From Sphaeroforma arctica JP610 (taxonomy: Eukaryota): DNA of 45,195 nt. The stretch's first letter is position 1. Each line of letters starts with the position of its first letter. Below are positions 25,101 through 38,000 of the stretch, one piece after another. The position numbers were made by a program, and so were the translations under genes. The notes under the pieces are model-generated. The model saw only the letters and a list, made by a program, of their open reading frames with translations. It did not search any database and was not told the origin of the DNA. The stretch lies in contig NW_014040200.1 of the NCBI RefSeq assembly GCF_001186125.1, forward strand, positions 26,879 through 72,073. Reading direction: 5' to 3'.

Positions 25101-28100
25101 ATTGTGTTGTACCTGCTGTGCTATGGCCAGGCTAGGCAGAACAAAGATATCACCACCGCACAACAGCGTCACGGGAGAAAGGGGAAATTACTGCGAACAG
25201 CCACAAGCACCACCACAGCCGGGGAGTCCAGTGGCCCCAACTCTCAGCCGATGGGCGCCAGTTCTAAGGGAGCGGGTACTAGTTTCAAGGTCATGCGGGT
25301 GATCCTGGTGGCACCGGACGGGACAGCGGAGTATGCGGATGTGCGGCGCGAGAAGCTGGTTAGTGGGGCACGCACGTTCCTGGATACCATGCATACTGTG
25401 CTGGGTAGTACGCGGCAGGGGTGTTGCCATGGCAACAGGGGAGGCGCTGGCAGAGGTGCGAAGAATAGTGAGGAATTGTTTGACTTCCTGGAGTTCGTGT
25501 ATGAGGAATTGAAGGTGTTGTCACCGGTGGACTTCGACACGCACTATGTGGAACCAGCGGGTATGCTATTTCGCTAACGTAGAAAATCAACATACGTGCA
25601 AATTTATAATAGTGCACATACTCCATGCACACATATAGTACTGGACTAACTCTATGCACGTTGACATTTTCCACGATTTATAGTGTCTTCAACTTGCATG
25701 CAAAACTTTCTATAGGCAAACCTAGTACAGATGTTAGTAAGTACAAAAATAAGCGGATGTACTATCTCTTGTTCGCCCATGGGTATACACAGGCACTACA
25801 TGTTTGTCTTGCGCGAGCTTCTTGCGCGTGAGGGTGCAGAGAGTAGGCTTGGCGTGTATAGTCTCATACACAATTTCTCGGTCGCAGAGTTTTCCTATAG
25901 AGTTGGCTGCACGAGAAAGGCCATGTGGTACGTGGTACGACAGTCCTGCAAGATCATGCTTACGAGAACACCAACACACAATTGATATGAACACAGTGCA
26001 TACTAACACTAGGGAGTCATTGTATCCTGACAAATGTACCCCTCACATGGTGGTAGTTTTGCTCATGCACGCCAACGACTTTTGTTGAACTTCTGCATGC
26101 TGCGAACAGCCAATACTTATTCCATTGATCTGTTTTAATACAAATTTTTAATCATTATTCCATTGATCTGTTCGAATATACAAATTAATTCCATTGATCT
26201 GTTCGAATATACATATCAATTCCACTGATCTGTTCGAATATACAAATCNNNNNNNNNNNNNNNNNNNNTTCTAATATTCATATTAATTCCATCGATCTGT
26301 TCTAATGTACATTTTAACCGTGTCAGCTTTGTTTATCCAGGTCGGATTTTCCGTCCTCGGTCTGGATTTACCAGTTTTAATGTTTTGCTAATTTAATACC
26401 AACACTCTATGTACCCTTGCTTTGCTAGTCCTCACCACGTGCTGCCGCATGCTTTGGCAGGTACCTTACTTTGCTCTTGCTTTCTATAAAGTATTCAATT
26501 CGTAAGAATATGAGACGAGTCTGTTTGCTTTACCGGGTGCCTCACCTTTTTCTTGCAGACAAAGTATCCAAATGACCAGACAATGAGAAGAGCCTGTTTG
26601 CTTTAGCAAGTACTTCACATTTCCCTTGCATTGTACACAGATTTCAACTCATAAGAGGAGGACAAGAGTCTATTGCAATGATATCCTTCTTCTAACCACA
26701 TGTTGCCGTGTGTTTTGGCAAGTGTCTTACTTTTCCCTTTGCATTCTACGTATTCGTTTCACCAGAGGATGAGAAGAGTCTGTTGCAAGTGCTATTCTGC
26801 CTCTATGGTGTGAAGCTGGAGTATAAGAAATGGGCCCCCACCGAACACAATAAGCACAAACCCGTATGTTTGGTGCGGTGTATATAAGCTACTAGCATCT
26901 TTTCTCTTGCTTCTATTCTTTGCACTGCGACCCCTTTGAGCTATTTGATATGTGCAAACTGACTTGAAAAATACCTTGGACTTGAACCTGTTGCCAAGAT
27001 TACGTGTATACCTCTTGAGGCATTCCGTTCCATATATTTCACATGTTATATTCCATTTATATTTCTATCTTTCAGATGACGGTATCGCGAGAGGCGGCGA
27101 TTGACATTATCACCCGAATCGCCCCACTCCTGCACGAGAACAAGAACATGCTGGACTTCTTCAGGCACCAATGCCCGGACCTCATGAATGTATGTCTATA
27201 ACACCCTCACCCTCGCTCTACCTCTATTTTGCTGTAGGTACATGTCATTCGGGTAATCGGCTAAAGCTTTTCAGTTTTATATTTCAATACAGGGTTTTAG
27301 GGTTTTAGGGGTTTGTCTTATATTTGCATGGTTTTGTAGTGGACTGTATACACTTATCCGATCGAGGTTTATATCGTACGAATATACAGCTCAAAGTCAT
27401 GGCTTATAATTCCTTTTCCTTACTTTATTACTCCCACGGCACTCTTACTCAACGCGATTTTTCACTGGTGACCGCCCAATTTATCAGGTCAAATACGCAG
27501 AAGTCACCAAGAAACCACCTGTGGCAGCACAACCCAATGGTACCCCCGGGGAGCCAGAAGGTACGCTATCTTATATTAATCCTTGATGTCTATAGGACAG
27601 AGTCTGTATTAGATGCACTATTTCTCTCACGTATATGTGTACTAAGAGTCTCATCGGCGTTATGCTTGTCTCCGACGCATGTGCGTATCGTTGTATATAC
27701 ACCTCATCCGTTCATTCACTGATCTGTACATCTCAAATCTGCTCTATGATGAGTGGAGTTGATATATATGCACTTCGTCTTCGCCGTTCCTATCTGCTGG
27801 CATTGACATACTCAATCAATCGTCTCCGTTTCATTCGCAGCCGTTGCCATGGAGATCGACGAGAGTGCACCGGCCAATGGAGACGCAAATACTGAGGGAG
27901 TGGACACTGCTGCACCTCAAGTTTCAGCAGAAACAACTAGCGACGCAACGAATGGGCTGCCACTGGTTTGGAAATTGTAAGTGTGGCGTAAGGCGTGTTT
28001 GGTATTGTGCAATGGTTTGTATGGGTATATGTTGTGTTTTATTTTATTCTACGACAGTTCTTTAGAAACTGTAGTGCAGCGTGAGACATTTTTGGCACTT

Positions 28101-31100
28101 CTATGATTGGTAAGTGTGTATATTGTGTTTTACTAGTAGCATCTATGGTAGACTAGAATAGGTATGTGTGTAGTGAGAGTTGTTGGGATCTTTGATGGTG
28201 TGCACGGTTGTATGTGGTGCTGTAATTCATTAAGTGTCTGCGGTAGCTGTGTAGCTGGTTGAGAATATGTGTCGGGTGGTGTGCAGTGGTGTTTGCTACT
28301 GGTAGTGCCACGCACACGGCAGCCAGTCGCGGCCCTCTCTGTATACCAACATTTGACGGGTGCTGTTGATGCCGGTTTAGATACACTAGTCCTGACGACC
28401 CAAATCTTATATCCTCGCATAAGCCCCTTTCAATACGGAGATATTCTTCGCTGTTTACAATTCACAATCCTCATTCTGTTTAATGTTACATAAATTGCTT
28501 ACTCGCACGCACCTTTCCATAGTGGGATATCATTTCCGGTCCCGGTTTACAATATGTAAATTCTCATTCTGTTTTATGTAACATAAATGAGTTATTCGCA
28601 CTCTCCTTTCAATACTGAGATTTGACCCCTTGTTCACTATTTAAAAATCCTCACCTTGTCTCACCTTCGTATTTCACACACATTGTTGATCAGTTTACAA
28701 ATCCTCATTCTGTCTTAATCTTATTATGATACATAGATTGTTTACCAGTCTACTGCTCGACCCCGAATTGGACAATGAAATGCTGCAGCAGGAACGATGG
28801 AGAGGGGAGTGTGGCTATGAATATCTCCAGGCACAGAGTTTGCTTGTTTCCCGGCCACAAGTCTTTACTCAAGGTATGACACACGATATACGTAGATTGG
28901 GTAGTTTCTGAGTGGCTCAACTAGATCAAGATATATAGTGGAGGTAACGGTGGGGTATCAAGTGATTGCAAATCAATACATCTCCTCTGTCACACTCAAT
29001 ACTTTCATCATCGAGTGCCCTTGGAGTTGTGTTCGTGTAAAGCCTACAGTATATACATATATACCAATATACAGTGTATAAATATATACCCATTCCACGA
29101 CTTACTTTCCAAACTCGCTCACGGATTGTTTCACTGCGGAATATCATTGTCAGGTCTGGTGACAAAGATACTCAGCCATCTGTCGCGCGACATCCAGCTG
29201 GCGCCCAAGGCGTTCCGCTCGTGGGCACTGTTCGGTACTATATGTTGCAACATACTCTACCGAGCCTTCTATGGAGGTATGTGGCAGTAGTTCAGCACGT
29301 CATACGCCCGCGGGGTTGTATACATGGGTACTGGTGTATTTATATCTAATCCCTCGTGAGACAAACCCAATTACTGCGGTTCGATTCTATTTCTATCTTT
29401 GGGACGCGTGTTAGCGTGTGCAGATCTCGTCAATCCCAATTCGAAGTTACCCGCGGTAAACTAAACCCATTTTTTTGGGTGCGATTCTATTTTTAGAACG
29501 CGTGTGGGCGTGTGCAGACCTGGTGTGGCTGCAGAGTGTCGCGTTGGGAGCGCTACAGATTCTGGAACGCGCGCTGGAGATAGCGCAACAGTCCGGCGTG
29601 CAATTGGGCAGTGATGACTCATCCGCTCTGGTATGTTGTGAGCCTATCTTTTGCACCAAAACACTAAGTATTGTGTTCTGTGGTATGTTATGAGCTTATC
29701 TTCTACACTAAAGTGTCGAGTGTTATATACTGTGGTATGTTGTAAGCTGAACTTTTACTTTCGAGTGTTGAGTGGTATATGCTGTAGTATGTTATGAGCT
29801 TATCTTCTACATTAAAGTGTCGAATGTTATATACTGTGGTATGTTGTAAGCTGAACTTTTACATTCGAGTGTTGAGTGTTATATGCTGCGGTATGTTGCT
29901 AGATTATCTTCTACACTATAGGGTCGAGTGTTATATACTGTGGTATGTTGCAAGCTGAACTTCTACATTAAAGTGTCGATTGTTATGTACTGTGGTATGT
30001 TGTGTGCATATCAGAGCGGTGAAAAATGCGATAAGATCCAAAACCCGACACTTGGTAGCTTTGGTAGTTGTCTGGAATGGATCTTTTTAAATCCTCTTGT
30101 CTGATATCTTATTTCCTTGTAATCCTCTTATCATGCATCCTAACTTTCTTGTGATGCGTTGATAATGCGTATTGCACTGATAGTTCCTCTAAGGTCTGAG
30201 GGCCCAGGCCAAGTTTCCTGGGCTCGTGGTTTGTGTTGTAATTCTGCTGTGTGTTGTGGGCGATACAATGCTTTTGTATTGGCGCGTGTGTATGAGAACA
30301 GCGAGAACCAGTACTAGATGCTGAATCGGCGGTCTCATGACTGAGTTGCACTTTCCCGTGATCACACCTTTGGAATTGGTATTAAGATTTTCATTCAACA
30401 GAACACATCCTGGCGCATTGCCTCGTTGTTCGATGCAGTGCAATGCATATTCTTCTCCCGGAATACATTTAAGACCCATTTGAAGCCCTCTCAATCCACA
30501 CCTCCTGGGCCTATACCCACCCCTGAAAGCCTTCCATTACGACTCGACTCAAATATATACCCACCTTCGGTTCCCACTGTTTTCTGTGCTCATTTGTTCG
30601 TGCGCAAATGGTGGCCAGTTGCGGACTGTCGTTTGGGTGTATTTTCCATTATCATTACTATTTACAATCAATGTTTCCTCACGTCAACATACCCTACACA
30701 GATTGCTCACGCGTTCGTGTGCGCTTATGGCTGCCATTTGTGTTTATTATCCACTACTCTTCACAATCTACAAGTGAATCTATGTTCTCACAGGTCAACA
30801 TACCCTGCACAGATGGCCCACTCGTTCGTGTGTGCTTTTGGTTGCCATGTGTGTACATTATCCATCATACTACTGTATACAACCCAATCCAATACAATGT
30901 TCCCTCAGGATAAGATACCCTGCACGGATGAGATACCCGATACCGTGGCTGTGAGCCGCCAACTGGGCCGTCTGCAATATATTCTCTACGACCGCCGACA
31001 CGTACTACTGCAACGCGCCTGTGGTGACTCCTTACAGGGCGAATTGTGTGCCAAGATCATGGACCTACACACCTGGTATACACAAGCATACTTGTGTCCG

Positions 31101-34100
31101 GGTACTATGTTGCTTTTTGTATCTGTCCTTGGTCCATTGTATGCGTGCTTGGGGTCTGCTTGCTGAAACGGTGTATTTGCGCTGTTGAGCAACACGCTTG
31201 TGACGACTCATTACATGGCGCGTTGTGTGCTAAGACCATGTATCTACTAGCTTCATACGTAGATGTATGCACGCGTATTTCGTTTGTTTTTGGCGCGTTT
31301 CGGTGTACATATGATATCGTTTCGTCATGAATGTAGTGTAAGTGAGTGAGTGTGGGAGTCGACGATCTTGAAGATGAATAGACGTACACTTGTATACATA
31401 TCACATATCTATCTTTTGTCCATGTTTATGTATATTTTGTGCCTTTTGTGTGTGTGTGCTTGTGCTTTGGTTGTGTTTGTAGGTGTATAGTGTAGGTGTA
31501 CTTTAAAGCAACACGCATGTGACGATTCACCACAGGGCAAAATGTGGTCCAAAATCATGAACCTACACACCTAATCGTTATACTTACTACTTTCGTATAC
31601 TGTTGTGCCTGTGTGTTACTTTTAGACACTTTCTACCTGCGTGTGCGAGTGTGTGCGTTTGTGCCTGTTGTGTGTACGTGTATGTCAATATAATTAGCAA
31701 CGCGAGTGTGGTCACTCTCTGCACAGCGGATTGAGAGCCAAGATTATGGACTAGCACACCTGGCACGGATGTGCAGGATTGTGGAGTGGTACGAGTATAC
31801 TTACTCGTGTGGAATATTCAACGGCATGGTACATTGTCCACTTTTTAGCGTCCGCATTGCATTCTCACACGTTTCAATCCCAACTCTCCCCCAACACGCT
31901 ATGGTGAACGACTATCTGTCCCACTTCTACGGTATCATATGAATGGACTTAATCTCCATTGTGTAGTTCACACGCTCGATTGCACCGATTTACTGTGTCT
32001 GTGTCACCGTCACCATACCACACACGTTCGACACAACGTGAGTGCCGAGTTGAAGACCAACACCACCGCAGTGTATATACATTCTTATATGTACTTCTTA
32101 TTTGTTGTGCGTGCTCTTTCCACAGTATCACACGCTTAAGATACAACTTGAGCGATAACTACCAGGACACCGACGCCGAGCAAGCGTGGAATCGCTTCCT
32201 GAGTGCTAAGGCCATGCGCAAACGACACCGAGACTTCCCACAGCCAGGTGATAACGAGACATACTACCTGGACGAGTTCATGCAGGTCAAAGAGAGCAAA
32301 GGTGCGGACATGGAGTGGGCACTGTGTCAAGTGTGTACGACATATGGGATGTCAGTTGAGTACAATAGATGGGAGGTGAATTGAGTACAATATATGGGAG
32401 GTCAATTGTGTATGACACATGTGATGTCGATTGTACGACATATGTGTTGCCAATCGTGTACGACATATGAGATGTAGAATACATCAAGGGTGTAAGATGA
32501 TACTGTTGTCATGTCAATAATGATAGGCATATGTGTGATGATACCATGATTAAGAAATGAGGTAGTCGTCAATGTAAAGTGTGTGCGGCATACGTTATGT
32601 GTGTATAAGCAAAAGTGTGGACATATTATGTGAAACTGCTGTGTTAGTGGAAGGCGATGTATTTTGGCGCTTGGCGAACGGTTGATATTCACAATTCTTA
32701 TCGATGCTGAGCCGTGAATAGGTAGTTGATATAGAACTAGGAATAGGTAGTTGATAAAGAATTGTGAATAGATAGTTGATATAGAACTGAAAATAGGTAG
32801 TTGATGTAGAACTTTAAATAGGTAGATATATGCGGCGTGCAGGTGTGTACCTGTATGTGTTTGTGCGGATATATTGCTATCAGTGAGTCCGTATGCCTAT
32901 CTCGTGCTCGCGCCTTCCACATTCTTGGGTCTACATCCTTGAAGCCTTTTACCTCCCTATCAATCTAAATGCATTTCCGATATATTCTCTCTCATTGACA
33001 TTGATGCGTACATTTTATTGTCCTTGTTATTATCATTCCGGGTTGACTTCGAATGTTGGCCTCCTTCTCATCTGTTTCCGTCGCAATCTGCCATCATCTC
33101 GCACTCCCAGTCCTTGAGAAACTACCACAGTGCAGGGAACCAGCGTACGCAATGCTGAGCACATTCACCAAGATGTACCTAGCCACAGTCGGCAGTGCTA
33201 CTTCTTGCAAACCATACGGCCCAAAGCACGTGTGTGACCACGTGCTCATGTTGCGACATGCCGCCACCGATATCTCTGCGGCTCCATTGGCTGACGACGG
33301 GCTGGCGAGTGCAGGGACCAATCAGAACCACGGAAATTCAGCGGGGTCTGTGGATTTGCCAGAGAATGCTCGAAAGGGAGCTGAGAGCGATGGGTTTCGT
33401 GACGAGACAGTTCTTGAGAACGTGCAATCTACGGGGCATTCAGAAGAGGGTGCTCCACCGCACGAAAACGATACACACACTCACTCTGACACAAACCCAC
33501 AGCCACACCCACACACACACACGCCTACACATACAAGCACACACGTCAACAAAGGAGCGTCCAACTCCCGAAGTCCACAGGAACAGAGAGAAGAGCGCTT
33601 AGAAGAGATACTGCTGTATCTGATATTATACGGCTACGGCGATGGAATCACTGCCAAGTTCAGGGCAGGGACTCTTAGTGAGGCGGTAAGTGTATACATG
33701 GCAATAGTGGCATGTATTGGGTTATCATCATGCGTGTGTTGCAATGACGATTGATATAATTTATTTTTTGATATCGTTTGTAGTATTCAGAGTGTCGTGT
33801 TTCTGCTGGACATGGGTGTATTGACATTGATTGGGGTACATTCATGTGCGTTCCAATTGATGTAGATTATTTTTTGTTTTAAACATCTGCTGGAGTTAGT
33901 GCTCTTAAGTGAGACGGTGGATATGTCTACTTGACTGTATTGACATTGATTGTTGTACATACGTGTGTTTCGATTGATGTGGTATAACGTTTTCATTTAG
34001 TGTCAGGATTGTTGCGTTTTCGGCTTACATAGTTGCATCTGCATTGTTTGTTGGGAATTCATGTGTATATTTCAATTGATGTACTATAACGTTTTCATTT

Positions 34101-35012
34101 GGTGTTGGATTGTTGCGTTTCGGTTTACATAGTTACATCTGCATTGTTTGTTGGGAATTCATGTGTGCGTTTCAATTGATGTAGTATATCTTTCGTATTG
34201 TTTTCGGTTTACGTAGATACATCTGCATTGTTTGCTGGGAAATCATGTGTGTGTTTCAATTGATGTAGTATATCTTTCGTATTGGTTTCGGTGTGTTTAG
34301 AGTGTGTGCATGGTGTCTTAGACCAGCGCGATGTGTGACGTATAATCATGGATCATATGGATAAACCGAGAAGTGTACTTCATTGGTACCAGTTCCTTTC
34401 TACCCATGAATATGTCTTTTTATTTCGCGTGTCTGCACCTCGAGTAGGATTGTGTTCTATTTGAATCCGATGTATTTGTTGTTCAGTGCCCACACTTAGG
34501 CAATGTATGTATGATCATTGTATGTTTGCACATAGACGTCGTCGTGAATGCACATCTATACTTACACGCGTCTGATATGTTCACAAGCATGGTGCATACA
34601 CTCACGATATCGTCGACCGCGTGCACTGTGCGTTGCGTATATACAACGACATGTTGCTGTCTAACAGCGCTGCATATCCATGTAAAAGCCACATGTGTAC
34701 GTTGTGAAGACGTATCTCTAAAATACATCGTGCAAAGATTTACGTGCTCAACTTTGTAGTGCGAGTGAACAGCTACACTCACACTGGTAAATTTCTCTGC
34801 CATTCTGCAGGATAAGAGAGAGATCGACGCGGATGTCACAGAGACGGGCCATAGTGATACTGAAGTTCACGTGGTGCGTGTGCTCCTTAAACGGTTGGCA
34901 CAATTGCAGTCGAACAAACTGTACCATAAGGCGGTCTATCGCGAGAGCCTGTTACTCCACTACAGCAAGACACATAGGTATGAGTTCACGAGAGTACATT
35001 TCTCTGCTACAG

Positions 35013-35060
<48 letters not shown>

Positions 35061-38000
35061 ATCATCTGACGACCAACACACTCTCATATTATGAAGTAAA
35101 GGACTACAACATAGCAATCACGCAGTATACATAGGACTCGCTGCGTTTTGAATTATACAAATAATACACAACCAATCTCTTAGTGTCTGAATATATCTTA
35201 CACGTATTCTATTCCCCGCGTGTATGCAGTGTGTATGTATATACAAACACGATCATACAAGCGGAAATGTACACGCACTCATGCACACTAGCGAATATAT
35301 TACACAATTTTTTACATACACATATACACCTACATGAACAGTCCATGTTCAGACATATATCCGCACGATATATAGCCACATACCTGTATGCGTGCAATCA
35401 CAAACGCTATTGTCAGGATCACGGGCGGTAGTAGCTGATAATCCCAAGCGAGGCTTTCACTCTTATACTTGTTGACAGAAACGCGGAGAAGGCCTTAGAG
35501 AAGATGGAGAAGATCATGTTGTTGGACAAGAAGCGGTGGGGTGTCAAGACTCTCCTGGGCGATACAACGGTGTGTACCTGTCATGCGCATGAGAGTCGTT
35601 CGAATGTTACATGTCAGTGAAACTACCGGCTTACACACATGCATGTATTCCTCAGTAGACTCCCGTAGACATAAAGATATTAGTCGTATATATCCTAGGT
35701 ACGATATGCACCTGTCTTGTGCATTCTAGTGGCACAAATACCAGTCAATCGTCACATGTATCATGATCTATTTCTAAGCAGATTACCATAGTCATACAGT
35801 TTTTAATTCATGGTGTAAGTTCTACGTGCCCAGCCAGCTCGCAATTTTTTTGGTCAAGCGAGTGTATCTCCTCATAGGCCTCATACATTGGTGTAGAGTG
35901 TATGGATAAGCTAGAGATATTCCAACATGCACATAGACCTACCCCGTGGTCAATACACATATAGGGACGTGCTCACATGCAGATATCTCTATTTATATCA
36001 CCTCATGTGCCCCAGATCTGGCGTGCATCAAGCACGTAGACCTTCCCCAGGGCTCATATATATTTAAATGGTTGCTCACTGTGAGACAACCTCGCATCGG
36101 GTCGTGCACCTGTAGCTTTCTGATAGGGTAAGGTTTAGGATTTAGGATTTTAGGGTTTAGGGTTATGGAGAAGTACGAAGTTATCCAACATACACGTACA
36201 CCTGCGTCACTATTCCTATAAGCACATGCTCACAGTCAGACACCCCCACAACCCGTGGTGCCTGCCATCTTATTTGGCTCAGATTTGGCGCGTGGTGGAG
36301 AGTGGCGAGGTTCGCAAAGACAATCCACTGATCTGCCCTCTGGATGAACCCAAGAGCACTCTCATAGACAGGCCAGGCGGTCACTTCTCGCGGCGAGAGA
36401 AATACGTCGATCTCTACCTACGCACAGGTAATTGTGTGTGTGGGCGTGTGGGCGTGTGTTTGTGTGTTTTAGCATGTGCGCGCGTGCCTCCTTTGCGCAC
36501 GCGCATGTGTGTGGATATGGGTGCTCGACTCGTATACTTGAACGACCAGGCGTGCGGTTATTGCGCTGAAAATCATCGCTTGACCTGTACCTATGCACAG
36601 GTATTTGTGTGGGTATATGTGCGTGTGTGAAATCATGTATGTGTACATGTGTGTAGGCTCAGGTATGTATGGGTGTGTCTCCGCAGCAAAAACACATGTC
36701 TTGAATGTGTGTAAGTCTCCACGAAGAAACAAGTGTGATCACGTTCGACCTGTTGGTGCACATATATGTGTGTGTATGTATGTGTGTATGAGGATGTGCG
36801 TATATTCTTGCACGCCGTGTGGCCTGTGCTCGTCATCGCAGGTGCAATGTCTCGGAATCTATAGCATCTCGGCAGGAAGCCTTGATACGAAATATATATT
36901 TACTTTGGATACATACATTGGTTGCAACTCAGTTTTCCTATATATTCTCACGCTCCACTATAGCCGCGGAGGCCCACAATGCGATTCTACTGGGCAGTGC
37001 ATTTGAGCAGCTGAGCAAAATGTTCACCAGTTTTGAGTCGGCTCGAAATACTAACTTTGTAAAAGAGAAGACCGGCAGGTAAAATTTAAGCAAATTTTTT
37101 TGAATTCGGGCCTGCCCATGGGGCCCTGTGTGTGTGTGTGTGTGTGTACATATTGCGCTGTGTATGTGTATGTACATATATCTGTACGTACCTTACAAGC
37201 GTGTATATATTGTCGGGATGTACATATATATGTATGTGCGTAAGTTTACCTTTATGTGCCTGTCTCCATGCTGATTGTGTGTGCGAGATAATATGTGCGG
37301 TTTAACACCTGCATTCTTTGTGCTTTGTGAGTATATACTTGTGATTGTGTTTGTTGGTGCATTCGTTGTCTGTATGCCTAAGTATTCACTTTTGCATATG
37401 TACTTGCAGGATCTTCGTATGTTACTTTGAAGGACATAGATTCCAGGATTTTGTCAGGCCACTTCGATTGTTAATTTTAGTTTAGCATACGTATGTGCGT
37501 GTGCCTGAATGCACTCGTACTTACTACTGCATGTTCAAGCACTAAACCTGAGCTCTCAACAACTAGAATATCAACCGTGTTGGGTGTGGGAGGTTGTTAG
37601 GCATCCCGCTGCGACTATTAGTAGCGGTCCTAATATATCGATACACATACTTCTTAGAGGATGCCTTCTTTTGGAATCAGGATTCAACATGGATATATAT
37701 ATCCTACCTACAAATGTGTCCACCTATATACCTGTTTATGTGATTGTATACGTATGTAAACCGTCCAGTGGAGCTGAGTAGGGTTTTAAGGTTTAGTGGT
37801 TTACAATAACGACAACTGCAACTTTCGACTGCCGGCCATCGCCGTTTCGGAGTTCTAAATCATCAACCAAATGCTGCGTACGATGTGACCTGAGCCTTTT
37901 CCTCTTGAATTTTATGTCTATTATTTTCGAGGCCATATTTCCACATCGTCATTGTACTTTATTTGGTATTAATAGGGATCATCTTATTTTATTTTAAGAT

